NCBI GenBank assembly: GCA_034780895.1
Contig: JAUZTB010000068.1
Coordinates: forward strand, 32,511,319-32,575,318
Direction of reading: 5' to 3'
Length of the DNA stretch: 64,000 bases
Origin: Rhynchobatus australiae
Taxonomy: Eukaryota
The notes under the pieces are model-generated. The model was not told where the DNA came from. It worked only from the letters and a program-made list of their open reading frames with translations, and did not search any database. Each line of letters opens with the position of its first letter. The first letter of the stretch is position 1. Both the position numbers and the translations under genes were made by a program. This document shows, one piece after another, positions 25,196 to 36,515 of this stretch.

Positions 25196-27629
25196 TGTTC
25201 ACTATCTTCCCTTTCCACCCACCGGGGCCTCAGTTCCCTTGCTCCCTTTCAACTTGTCAGCACCCTGGTTCCTGCGCGCATAATTTAATTGTTTATCAAT
25301 GGATAAGTTGTTAGCATAATTATTTTAAAACCTCTTTAGAGTAGTGTGTATTTAGTTTGCATTCCAAGTCCCTGAGTTTCTTTTTAAATACTCTCATTAA
25401 AATTGAGCAATTAAGAATTGGGTATATTAGTTGCAAAAATCCTTTAGTGCAGTTCTCGCTACTTTTGTATTACAGGGGAAAAAGTGCTGCTTGTACCCAC
25501 TTTAACCTGCAGGTCCTGGTGCTTTTAAACTTCATTGAATGAGTTTATTTCTAACATTCTGTGGAAAAAGTCTCATTGAGATAAGGCTGCATGTGATGGT
25601 CATAAGTGTGATTTTTAATTTCCATCTTGTATATGCATGTATGTAATTTATTATTTAGCAATGTTATAACACTCTCTCCTGAAGTGGTTCTGCTAACAAG
25701 ACTGACCTCTTTCCAGTGAGTTCCACAGGTGCCAGAGAACGGCAATTCTCTGAAATAAAGCAAAAATGGATTGATCTTAAGCATCCTCTTTTTGCAACTA
25801 GTATTAAATAATGTCTGTTTTTAAGTGTTTCTGGAGACTGCCAAATAGTTGTGCTTGCAAGGTAGTGTATAAAGAGTCTTTTGGGTAGGTGCTCAATTTG
25901 CATGCTGAATTGAAGTAGGAGTGTACCAAAGAGGATTGGCACTTTGGGATCATTGAGCAATTCAGAGATCGTGGAAGGTGCGACTTAACTTCCAGCAACA
26001 ATTGTTTATTCCATTTAACAGAAGTATCAGTATGATTTAAAATTAATAATTGGTAATATGATTGGAAGCATCTACCATTCTTTGTATGTGTAAATGTTTC
26101 TTAATTGCATTCCCAAATGTCCTGGCTCAATTTTTTTCAGCCTATTTATTGACAAACGGTGAGTTTGAGCAGGGCAACAATATGTTTTGCAGCTAACAAA
26201 AATTGATTAACTCATAAGGTAGAGGTCTAAGAATCTCCTTGCGCAACTCCAAAATAAAATGGTGCTGTTCAGTTGAAAATCAGCTTAACCTGGAGTTGAG
26301 AATTGTTGCATCCATTTGAGTGTCGTAGAACTTTTGTTGTACCAGCACCTTTTCCGTGTAAAATTGCCCTAATTGAAAGTGACAGCACTGCAATGCACAA
26401 GGTTCTGCTTCAGTGTGATTATCAGCCTTACTGAACTGAAAAATAAAAGAACATATTTACGAACACTTTTTCCCTTGAACCCATGCTGTGTAAAAAGCCA
26501 GTCTTTAATCTGCATTCTCCTTGTTGTCTTAAGATCTTCCTCGTATGACCTCAAATACAACCTTGTGCATGTCCAAATCGCTTTAACTGTGGAGTAAATG
26601 TCACTGCTATTCTTTGATTCTTACCCTCTGTTGTTCCAAGCCACTGCTTATCTCAGCCATATCTGTCAATTTGTGCTCACCTCTACATTCGGCAGGTCAC
26701 CCATATTCAAAGAGAAGACTTCATCTACTTTTCCGTCAACCCCAGGAGCAGGCAAAGTAGGGATTTGTCTACGTGGCCATCTTCAAAGTGCCTGAGTTGC
26801 TCTTGTGCAGTATTACTCCTTTAGCCATCCTGCCTAGAAATCTCCTGGGAGGAGCACCAAGTTCTAACCCTGAATGGTCTCTGTGGCTTGCACAAAGGAA
26901 GTGCTTCATGCAGGTAGTTTTCTTCACCTTGTGCAGATTCCACTGACTCCTGAGTGACACCTCCTATCTACTTCTCATTGTAGTATCCATTCATTAAGTA
27001 GCAACACTCCCCTGCAGCTGGAAGAATGGTAGTTGAATGTCCATTTGAGATTGTTGCTGGGAGACTGAATACCAGAAGGGGCAAGGAATTGTAATGGTTC
27101 GGTATTGCAATGCATTGAAACTAACACAAGGTTACACACAGAAACCTGACAATGCGGTACAGTGTTATCGAATTATCCTTTCTCAATCCTTATTAAGGCC
27201 TTCTCTCAATTGCAACTTTTGGGAAAGATATAAGTGGCGCAATGCTCCAGGTAGAGCCTTGACTGCAATTTTTTTTCTTTCACACAGACTGAATTTTTTA
27301 AAATGTTGTCCACCCTGGTGCCTTAAAGATGACAGTCCAAGTGAGACCAAGGCCAGTGAGTCTTAATTCAAGCGCTGCATTGGGCCAAGTGTCACATTTG
27401 TGCCTCCTCCAGTCCTGGTGTGAGAGGGGAGAATAGGTTCCAAACTCCCTGCCATCATTGCCATTTCAAGCCATGTATTCGCCAAAGCCCTACGTGACCT
27501 TTGTGATCCATCAATATGTCATTTGTTGCCTAATTTGCCTGCTGTACCTGGGTAAACTAATTTCTTCATCACAGGAGCCAGTGCACCAAGATCCCTCTCT
27601 ACTGGACATTACCAATTTCTGATCTCTTT

Positions 27630-28260
27630 TTAGGCATTATGTAGTGGATAACCTCACATTTTTACACATATTTCTGGTACTTTGTCTATTCATTTCCTGC
27701 CTATCTATTTGCAAGTTCTTTTCCTCAGAGCTCACTTTCTCACCGAGCTTTATACATTTACTTCCTGTATTTTCAGCTAAGCCATTAATATAAATGCTGA
27801 ACAACTGTGGTCTCAGTACTGAATTTGTGGAACCCGTTAGTAAGTTTTCCAACTTCTAAAGTCCTGTTTAATGCTGTTTTTTTTTCTTTTTATCACTCAA
27901 CTAGTTTCATGCAGTTTCAATCCTGTCTAGAAATCTAGATGTGCTGTGTTCATGGTATTCCAGCCCATTTTATCTTGACCGTTAGTTACACCCTCATGAA
28001 TACTCTAGGTTTATTAAACATTTTTACTTCATAAAGCCATGTTGACTTTGCTCAATATTATGATTTGCCCTGTTAATGATGAATTCCAGGCAACAGGAAT
28101 TAGGCTAACTAATCTATAATCCCTTTTTTCTACCTCCTTAAGTGACAAAGTTACATTTGCTGGCTTCTAATCTGCTGGGGCTGTTCTAGAATCTAGTGAA
28201 TTTGGAATCATTAGCTATCTCTGTGGCCAGTTTTAGAATATCAATGGGCATGCTATCATG
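27630..28260 (-). mobile_element. Old CR1-type LINE RT remnant
   Basis: Minus-strand peptide SVLRPQLFSIYINGL (from GSVLGPxLFxIYINDL) and a QHGF-like block (aaagccatgttgact). Confidence 0.7.
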
Positions 28261-29009
28261 TCTGGTTTAAATGAATTTAATTTATTCCGTATAGTAACAT
28301 TAAGTGCCTTAATGCCATTGGACTTATTGTTTTGTACCACTTTTTGTGCATTAATCGACTTCTTCAGTGAAGACGTATAATATATTTGTTTAATGCTACT
28401 TGTTTTATGGTTTTCTTGTCATCACCTCTATGGGGCTGATATTCAGTGTTGCTATTATGTTCCTCTTTACAAATTGCTGTTTTTAGCAGGTTGTACTGCT
28501 GCCCTTAATTCTGCACACTTTAAATTAACTTTTGAAAGTGTTTTGATGATCATCTATCTTCATTTGCCCAATTTATTATGAAAGCCTTTGCACCAGAACA
28601 CCAGAAAATTGGAGCAGGAATAAGCCTTCAAGCCTGTTCCTCCACAATATGATTATGGCTGATCAACGCTGGCCTCAACTCCTCTTCTGTGCCATTTCTC
28701 CTTATCCTTCTGTTCCTCAATCTATCAAATATTTATCCACTTCCACTTTAAGTAATTATCCAGCTTAATCTCATCAGGTTGATTTCAGCCTTGCATAAAT
28801 CTAGAATCTTAAATAGCTCCTTTTGACGAATGCATTGAGCTTATATTGTCACAAAAAAATGTCCATGTACCATTGGGCTATCAACTAAATCCAGCTCGTA
28901 ACTAAATCAATATATCCTGACCACTTGTTGGTTCTAGCGCATGTTGTTGCAGATGATATTCTGATCATGCCTCAGAAAATCACTTGCTTTCAGGTGAGCT
29001 AGTCTGCTT

Positions 29010-31450
29010 GTCCTGTTCAACATGAAAGCCTGGAGAATAGCCAGAGTTCCTTGTTTAAGAAGGGCAATAGAGATAAACTAGGAAATATTGAACCTGGTGA
29101 GCCTTTTATCAGTAGTAGGAACATTATTGGAGAAGGTGCCTAGGGATAGGATTTACTTGCATCTGGAAAAGCATGGATGACTTGAGGACAGTCAGCATGG
29201 CTTTGTGCAGGTAAGGTCATAGAGTTATGCAGCACAGAAACAGGTTCTTCATCCCGACTCCTCCATGCCAACCAATGTGCTAGTCCCANNNNNNNNNNNN
29301 NNNNNNNNNNNNNNNNNNNNNNNNNNNNNNNNNNNNNNNNNNNNNNNNNNNNNNNNNNNNNNNNNNNNNNNNNNNNNNNNNNNNNNNNGTAAGGTCATAG
29401 AGTTATGCAGCACAGAAACAGGTTCTTCAGCCCGACTCCTCCATGCCAACCAATGTGCTAGTCCCATTTTCCTATGTTTGGTCCATCTCCTTCTGAATTT
29501 TTCCCATCCATGTACTTGTCTAAATATATTTTAAACATTGGCAATTGTACATGCCTTTGGCAGCTTGTTGCATATACACACTGCTTCTGTATAGAAAAAC
29601 TTGCCCCTTGGGTCCCCTTTAAATTTTTCCCCTCTTGCCTTAAGCCTATCTCCTTTAGTTTTACACTCCCCTTCCCTGGGGGAAAAAGACTGTGACCATT
29701 CAACTTATCTAAGCCCCTCATAATTTTATAAACCTCCGTACAGTCAGTCATCAGCCTCTGCACTCCAGGGAAAGCAGCCCCAGCCTATCCATTCTCTCCT
29801 TATAACTCAAGCTGCCCAGTCCCAGCAACATCCTTGTAAATCTTTTCTACACCTTTCCAGCTTAGTGAGGTCCTTTCCTAAAGCTAGGCCACCACAACTG
29901 CACACAATACTCCAAAGTGCAGTCTCACCAATGTCTTGTGCAAATGTAACATGACGTCCCAACTCTTGTACTCACTGCCCTAACTGAAGGCAAACATGTC
30001 AAATGCCATCTTCGCCACCCTGTCTGTGTCACCCCTTTGAGGGAACTATGTACTTGTACACCCAAGCGATCTGTTCTACCACGCTGTCCAGGATCCTGCC
30101 ATTTACTATGCACGTCTGGCTATGGTTTAACTTCCTAAAATGCAACACTTCACACTTGTCAGAGTTAAATTCTTTGTCATCCCTTAGCCCACTTTCCCAG
30201 TTGAAGAGCAGACTCAATGGGCCGAATGGCCTAATTCTGCTCCTATGTTTTATGGTCTTAATCCAGATCCTGTTGTATTCTTAGATAACCTTCATTATCC
30301 ACTATACTACCAATTTTAATGTCATCCACAAACTTGCTAACCATGTCTTGCAAAGTTGATTGAGTTTTGACCTTGAGGTGATTATAGATGATTGATGAGG
30401 GTAGGGCAGTGGATGTTTATGTGGACTTCAATGAAGCATTCAACAAGGACTCTCATGATAGACTGATCCAAAAGATTAAGGCACATGGGGAGCACAGACA
30501 CTTTGCAGATTGAGTTCAACATTGGCTTGCCATAGAGAGAGAAGGTAGTGGTGGAGATTCTGACTGGAGGTCTGTGACCAGTGATCTTCTGCAGAGATCA
30601 GTGTTGGGACATCTGTTGTTTGTGATCATATATAAATGATTTGGATGAGAGTGCAGGTGGGCTGATTAGTAAATTTGCAGACATTACAAAAATTGAAGTT
30701 GTGGATATGAGGAAGGTTGTCAAAGGATTCAGCAGGATGTAGGCAAGTTGTAAACGTGTGCAGGGGAATGGCAGATGGAGCTTAATCCAGACAGTTTTAG
30801 TTGTCGCACTTTTGGAGGTCGAATGTAAGAAAAATATACAGTAAGTGGCAGGACCTCATGAGCATTGATGTACAGGTGCAAGTCCATAGCTTCCTGAAAG
30901 TAGTGACATAAGTAAGTAGGGTGGTAAAGAAGGCGTGTGGCATACTTGCCTTTATCAGTCAGGACATTGAGTGTAAAAGTTGGCAAGTCATGTTGCAGCC
31001 GTATGAAACTTTGGTTAGGTCTCATTTGGTGTATTGTATGCAGTTCTTGTTGCTGCATTACAGGAAGGATGTGGAGGCTTTGTAGAGAGTGCAAAAGTGG
31101 TTCACCAGCTTGCTCTCTTGATTAGAGAGTGTTAGCTATAAGGAGAGGCATAGGGCAGATGGTCAGGGTCTTTTTCCCAGGGTGGAGATGTCAGNNNNNN
31201 NNNNNNNNNNNNNNNNNNNNNNNNNNNNNNNNNNNNNNNNNNNNNNNNNNNNNNNNNNNNNNNNNNNNNNNNNNNNNNNNNCAATCAGAGGGTAGTTGGA
31301 ATCTGCAATGAACTGCCTGAGGGGGGTGGCAGAGATATTTAGAATGGTACATGAACAGTCAGGGATGGAGCGATATAAACCATGTGCAGGCAGATAGGAT
31401 TCACTTAAATTGCCATCATGGTCAGCGGGTACATTGTGGGCTGTAAGTCC
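29010..31450 (+). mobile_element. CR1-type LINE RT region (29010-29220 and 30345-31450), split by an antisense CR1
   Basis: cagcatggctttgtgcaggtaaggtcat (QHGFVQ.RS) resumes at 30345 with gtcttgcaaagttgattgagtttt (CL..LIEF). The element continues through SVLGHLLF and SKFAD-like motifs to the 3' tail. Confidence 0.85.
29389..30344 (-). mobile_element. CR1-type LINE 3' portion, nested antisense
   Basis: Minus-strand peptides EFNSDKCEVLHF, LGVQVHSSLK and EVYKIMRGLDKLNGHSLFP, plus a 3' tail at 29389-29470. Confidence 0.9.
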
Positions 31451-32622
31451 CCGATTTAAAACAATTCTCTTTTGCTAAGTTTGTATCTAATTCCTGCATT
31501 TTGTACTTTGCCACTTCACAGCTGCTAACAGGGACCTAATACACAATTCCTCCAGGGTATTCAATCCTGTAAAAGGTCTACAGGGCACTAACTTTTCCTT
31601 TCATTCTCTGCCCTTCAAAATTAAATTATTCTAAACTAAATCTTTAAAGCTTCTTCTCCCCCTCCAGCATTTCATATCTTTTTTTGTGTAGACATTTATG
31701 TGTTAGAGTATTATGCTTCCAGTTTTGACCATTTTGCAGCCAAGATTATGTTATGATTGCTGTTTGAATTACTTTTTATACACCTTTTGGTTGTCTACTC
31801 AGTCTGACTCGTATCATGACCTGACCATTTGTGGTAAAGTCAGGAATGGCTGCCACATTGTGCTGTCCTTGTTGAATTTGCTCCTGTTCCTAAAATTCTC
31901 GATGGTCAGAGTAATCTAGAATTGTAGATAGGATAAAATGTGTAACGTTGGTTTACCCAAGAAGTCTGGGGCTGATCATTGACAGAGTTATCTCAGAACC
32001 CAGATGGGTATTGGTAAAGTCTTAATTTTGTGGAAGAGCTGTCCCTTTTGAACATATGCTGTAATCCAACACCCTGGGTGCTTCTAGATCTACCTTGGAA
32101 AAACAGAAAAAAGGTTTAGTTCTGTTTCAAGGAATGAGTGACTCCTTATTTTGAGGCTGTGACTCCTGGTTCGAGGCACTGCTATCATGTGAATCATCAG
32201 CTCCACGCCTACTTTGTTAAAGCCCATAAGAATTTATAATGTTTCAGTGAGATAACTTATTCTCCTTAATTAAGGAGGAACCATCACAGTCTGTGTCATG
32301 ATCTAGTTAGATTATAGTGATCTTTAGAGCAACCATTTCAAGTATATAGATAAGTCCTATTGGATTTGAAAAGTACATGCATAACATTTATGCCGGAATA
32401 TTTTGAAAGTAGTTTTTAAAAAAATATATGTGTTATCATTATCAAATTTGATTAGTAGCCCATGCACCTTTAAACATCATCCCTTCTGCCAAAGGTCATT
32501 ATGGTAATAAATTGCCAAGACCTTTTCAACAGGGCTCCCAGATCTATGAGATCAGCTACCTGAATAAAGTATTGGGTTGGTGACATTCACATCCCAGGAG
32601 TGGATTTAAAAATCTCTAGGCT

Positions 32623-32956
32623 TACCAAGTCCTCCTCAGGTTACAACAGAGTTCTTTTCCTGAGAACTGTTCATAACTTGAACAGTTCACAGGTCGGAAA
32701 TGTGGCTGGCTGGTAATATATTTAAGTAATGACATAGGCCACCCAAGGGCAAGGTGTAGTTAAACCAGTGCATTTAACTTAACCATTGGGTTTCTGTGCA
32801 AGATGCAATTATATTGCCATGAACTGAGTTTCCACATGGCAAAGGGTACCTGCAGCCGACGCATCCATCCCGCCAATCTCCTAAATGCTCATCCATATAT
32901 ACGAGCTGTACGTAGGTCGGGCATTTGTAACCTGGAAGGGTGGGGGTGGACCTGTA
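32623..32956. mobile_element. Decayed Tigger-like MITE
   Basis: Imperfect inverted ends taccaagtcctcctcaggttacaa ... ttgtaacctggaaggg...ggacctgta, flanked by TA. Confidence 0.5.
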
Positions 32957-33512
32957 TGTCTATTTTCCTTATCAGAACCCCCACTCTGTGTTTGAATCAT
33001 GACAGTTGATCCCATGACAGCAAACAACTTCACTACCAGACCTGATCTCAGTCTCGGCTGCCTGTCACACTGGGTACTCTAGCAATGGTGAATGTAAAGG
33101 GATAGGAGTGACAGATGTAGCAGATTTGGGCATCCCTAATTTGGGGAATCTGACTCTCTGCAGTATGAATTTTGGCCAAGTCAGCTGGAGCAATAGGTCA
33201 CCACATTCAGGGATTTAAACTGGTCTCTTTCCAAATACTCTAAATAGCTGAGAGCTGGAAACTCAACCACCGAGTCATTTGACAGCTGCTTATTGCTTTC
33301 TTGAAAATTCTGTAGTTGAAAGTCAAGTTGAAGGACAAAATGCACAATTACAAGGATTAATTAGTTCCCAAATTGATGACCTTATGGACTTGTCCAGTTG
33401 CAGGTCTCTAAATGTTTAATTGTTCAAATTAAATGTACTGTGTGAAGTTTCCTGTTAGAAATGCAATTTTTGCAAGCATTTTAATCCAAACAATCTGCCT
33501 ATTTCTCCACAT

Positions 33513-34356
33513 CCAACTTTTAAACTTTTAGTTTCGATGCGACGGCTCACATTTCTTTACGTTTCAGAGCCTCGCAGCTTCTGCTCCGGACAAACGGGCC
33601 GAGCCGATCGTACGCCTGAAGAAAATCAGACGCCGCAGAGACGTCCTCGCTCTCGCCAAGTCGGGAGCGAGGAAGAGGGCGTCGNNNNNNNNNNNNNNNN
33701 NNNNNNNNNNNNNNNNNNNNNNNNNNNNNNNNNNNNNNNNNNNNNNNNNNNNNNNNNNNNNNNNNNNNNNNNNNNNNNNNNNNNNNNNNNNNNNNNNNNN
33801 NNNNNNNNNNNNNNNNNNNNNNNNNNNNNNNNNNNNNNNNNNNNNNNNNNNNNNNNNNNNNNNNNNNNNNNNNNNNNNNNNNNNNNNNNNNNNNNNNNNN
33901 NNNNNNNNNNNNNNNNNNNNNNNNNNNNNNNNNNNNNNNNNNNNNNNNNNNNNNNNNNNNNNNNNNNNNNNNNNNNNNNNNNNNNNNNNNNNNNNNNNNN
34001 NNNNNNNNNNNNNNNNNNNNNNNNNNNNNNNNNNNNNNNNNNNNNNNNNNNNNNNNNNNNNNNNNNNNNNNNNNNNNNNNNNNNNNNNNNNNNNNNNNNN
34101 NNNNNNNNNNNNNNNNNNNNNNNNNNNNNNNNNNNNNNNNNNNNNNNNNNNNNNNNNNNNNNNNNNNNNNNNNNNNNNNNNNNNNNNNNNNNNNNNNNNN
34201 NNNNNNNNNNNNNNNNNNNNNNNNNNNNNNNNNNACGTGCACTCCAAGCTCCCTCTTTCTCTTCCCACAGATGCAGCCTGACCTCCTGAGAATTTCCAGC
34301 CTTTTCTGTTTTTATTTTAAGATTTCCGGCATCTGCAGTTTTTATTTTTCCCTCTG
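33513..34356 (+). mobile_element. Insertion of CpG-rich cargo ending in a Penelope-type terminal repeat, with a perfect 11-bp TSD
   Basis: TTTCTCCACAT at 33502-33512 and 34357-34367. About 20 CpG in 33535-33684, an N gap at 33685-34234, and a 3' end cccacagatgcagcctgacctcctgagaatttccagc...agatttccggcatctgcag. Confidence 0.68.
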
Positions 34357-34699
34357 TTTCTCCACATTTCTTAGAATATAACCATTTATTGTGTAATCAT
34401 TTATCTTGCTTACTCTCCCCAAATGTATACCTTGCATTTCTATGGACTAAATTTCATTGCTGACCTAACCAGTCTGTTAATGTGTTCCAGCAGCCTGGAA
34501 TCAACAGCCTTGCCCATCAGCTGCACTGCCAATTTTAAGAGCATTTACATTCATCTTCAGCACAGCTGATACATTCAAGTTTAATTCCATAAAGCATGAA
34601 TGTCAAGGAACTTGATACTCAAGTTTTGAGGAAACCGCCAGTATTCGTACTTCCTGTCACTGAAATGCCACTGAGCCAATTTTGAATCTTAGGAAGGGT

Positions 34700-35260
34700 A
34701 TCCTGGAGGCATTGGACTTATTAATAAGAAAAGGGCGGTCACTCTAGTGTTCTACTATAAGCCTCCCAGTAGTCAACGGGAATTAGAAGGGCAGATCGCA
34801 GATAAGTGTAAAAGCAATAGGGTTGTCGTAGTTGGGGACTTTAACTTTCCAAACCTTAACTAGAATTGCCTTTGTGCATGGGGCTTAGATGGGGAAGAAT
34901 TCATAAATTGTATTCAAGAGAGTTTCTGCAGCAATATGTAGAGAATCCTACTAGGGAGGGGGCTGCACAGTTAAGTGGTTAGTGTCTGGAGGAATTTTCT
35001 GGGCTCAGTGACTACCATAGTTCAGTAAGCTTCAAGATAGACATGGAAACAGATAAAGTCAATCCTCAAGTTAGGCTGCTAAACTGGGGGAAGGTGGGTT
35101 TGAATACTATAAGACAGGGCTTGGGAAAGGTAGATTGGGAGTAGCTGCTGAGGGAAAAAGCATATATTAATTGGAAGCAAGTAGTAAGAGTTCAGAGGAT
35201 ATAAGAAAAAACTTAAAGAAATTAAAGAGGGCTAAGGGGGGGGCCACGAAATGACCTTGG
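34700..35260 (+). mobile_element. CR1-type LINE AP-endonuclease remnant
   Basis: Encodes FYYKPPSSQRELEGQI and RVVVVGDFNFPNLN motifs. It is followed by an antisense CR1 3' tail at about 35267-35500. Confidence 0.8.
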
Positions 35261-35503
35261 CAAGTGCATAGAACAGTACATCACAGGAATGGGCCCTTTG
35301 GCCCCCAATGTTGGTGATGACCATGCCAATTTTAATTCTGTCTGCCTGCAAGTGGTCTGTGTGTCTCCCTTCCCTGCCTGTTCATGTGCTTGTCTAAATG
35401 CCTCTTAAATGTTGCCAACATATTTGCTTCCACTATTTCTCCTGGCAGCACATTCCAGGCACCTGTTTACTCTTTGTAAATCAAAAGACAAACTCACTTC
35501 AAA

Positions 35504-35624
35504 TCTGATGCAGGGTTTCAACCCAAAACGTCAACAATTCTTTTCCTCCCACAAATGCTGCTCGACCCTCTGAGTTCCTCCAGCAGATTGTTGCTCCAGA
35601 TTCCAGCATCTGCAGTCTCTTGTG
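35504..35624 (+). mobile_element. Solo Penelope-type terminal repeat with a degenerate minimal hammerhead-like motif
   Basis: CTGATGCA-GGGT-TTCA-ACCC-AAAACGTC (35505-35532), then cccacaaatgctgctcgaccctctgagttcctccagca...ccagattccagcatctgcagtctcttgtg. Confidence 0.7.
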
Positions 35625-36329
35625 ATGCCATGTCCTCTAACCTTGTTGAGCAACCTCCTTTGTGGGACCTTATTGGAAACCTTCTGAAAATCAAATAAAC
35701 CCCACATCCACTGGTACCCCCTTACCCATTCTACTCATCACATCCTTCCAGAATGTTGTGACGTGAAGATGTAGCATTATGTATATGTTTGAAAATTGTA
35801 CTTGTATAGACTTTAAAGAGACCTCCATGACTCTTGCCTTGCAATGGAAAGCAGTAAATCTCTGATTTTTGTGATGAAGTAACAATAAAAGTAAACCTTA
35901 TAGGAAGTCTTGACCCCAAATGTATACTGTGCTGCAATATACAAGTTCCTCATTTTAGCTGAGGAATCTGAATTATGTATACGTTATTCATATTGGTTCC
36001 TCATCTTAAAGTGCTGGAACAACAGAACTGATTTTAATGACTGGGCTTTAATATTTAACAGTTTTAAGATTGGGACCATTCTGTAAGCAGATTCTTGACT
36101 GTGCACTTTGTTATTGTGGATGTCTATTTGCAAGTAATTCCTGGTGTCTACTTCAAACTGGTACATCCCTAACAGCTGCCTAACAATTTGTACAAAAAAA
36201 TCAAAAACTAAAAATGCTTGATGGGTTTGAAAAGGGTGACTGAAAGATTTTGTGTTAGTGAAAGGGCAAAGTACATTCTATTTCAGCTTTATTTCCTTTC
36301 TTCTAACAAAGATAGAATACCCCAAATGC

Positions 36330-36515
36330 ATGAAATCTGCACTAACAAATACAAATGCTGAGAATGCTCAGCAAGTTGGGCAGTATCTTTGGATCCGTTA
36401 GCGTTGCAGAACTGAAGAGATCTGAAATGTCACCAGACTGAAATGTTGTGTTTCTCAATGCAAGGATCATGTTTGATCTGCTGAGTGCTTCCAGTATTTT
36501 CAATTTTAATTTCAG
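36330..36515. mobile_element. Decayed palindromic Penelope-terminus element
   Basis: Arms aaatgctgagaatgctcagcaag and gatctgctgagtgcttccagtatttt are inverted copies of the same family. Confidence 0.55.

Noticed and set aside
26370-26990. Possible ancient LINE or exon-like stretch with moderate GC
   Set aside because: I could not read a convincing protein motif or splice pair, so it is left unclassified.
29211-29466. 78-bp direct repeat (29211-29288 and 29389-29466) around a 100-N gap
   Set aside because: Identical except for one base and abutting a placeholder gap, so most likely an unmerged contig overlap at a heterozygous site rather than biology.
33535-33684. CpG-rich patch as the PTP4A2 promoter
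   Set aside because: It has abrupt edges, lies within an 11-bp TSD and ends in a mobile-element terminus, so an insertion explains it better. A role as an alternative promoter is not excluded.
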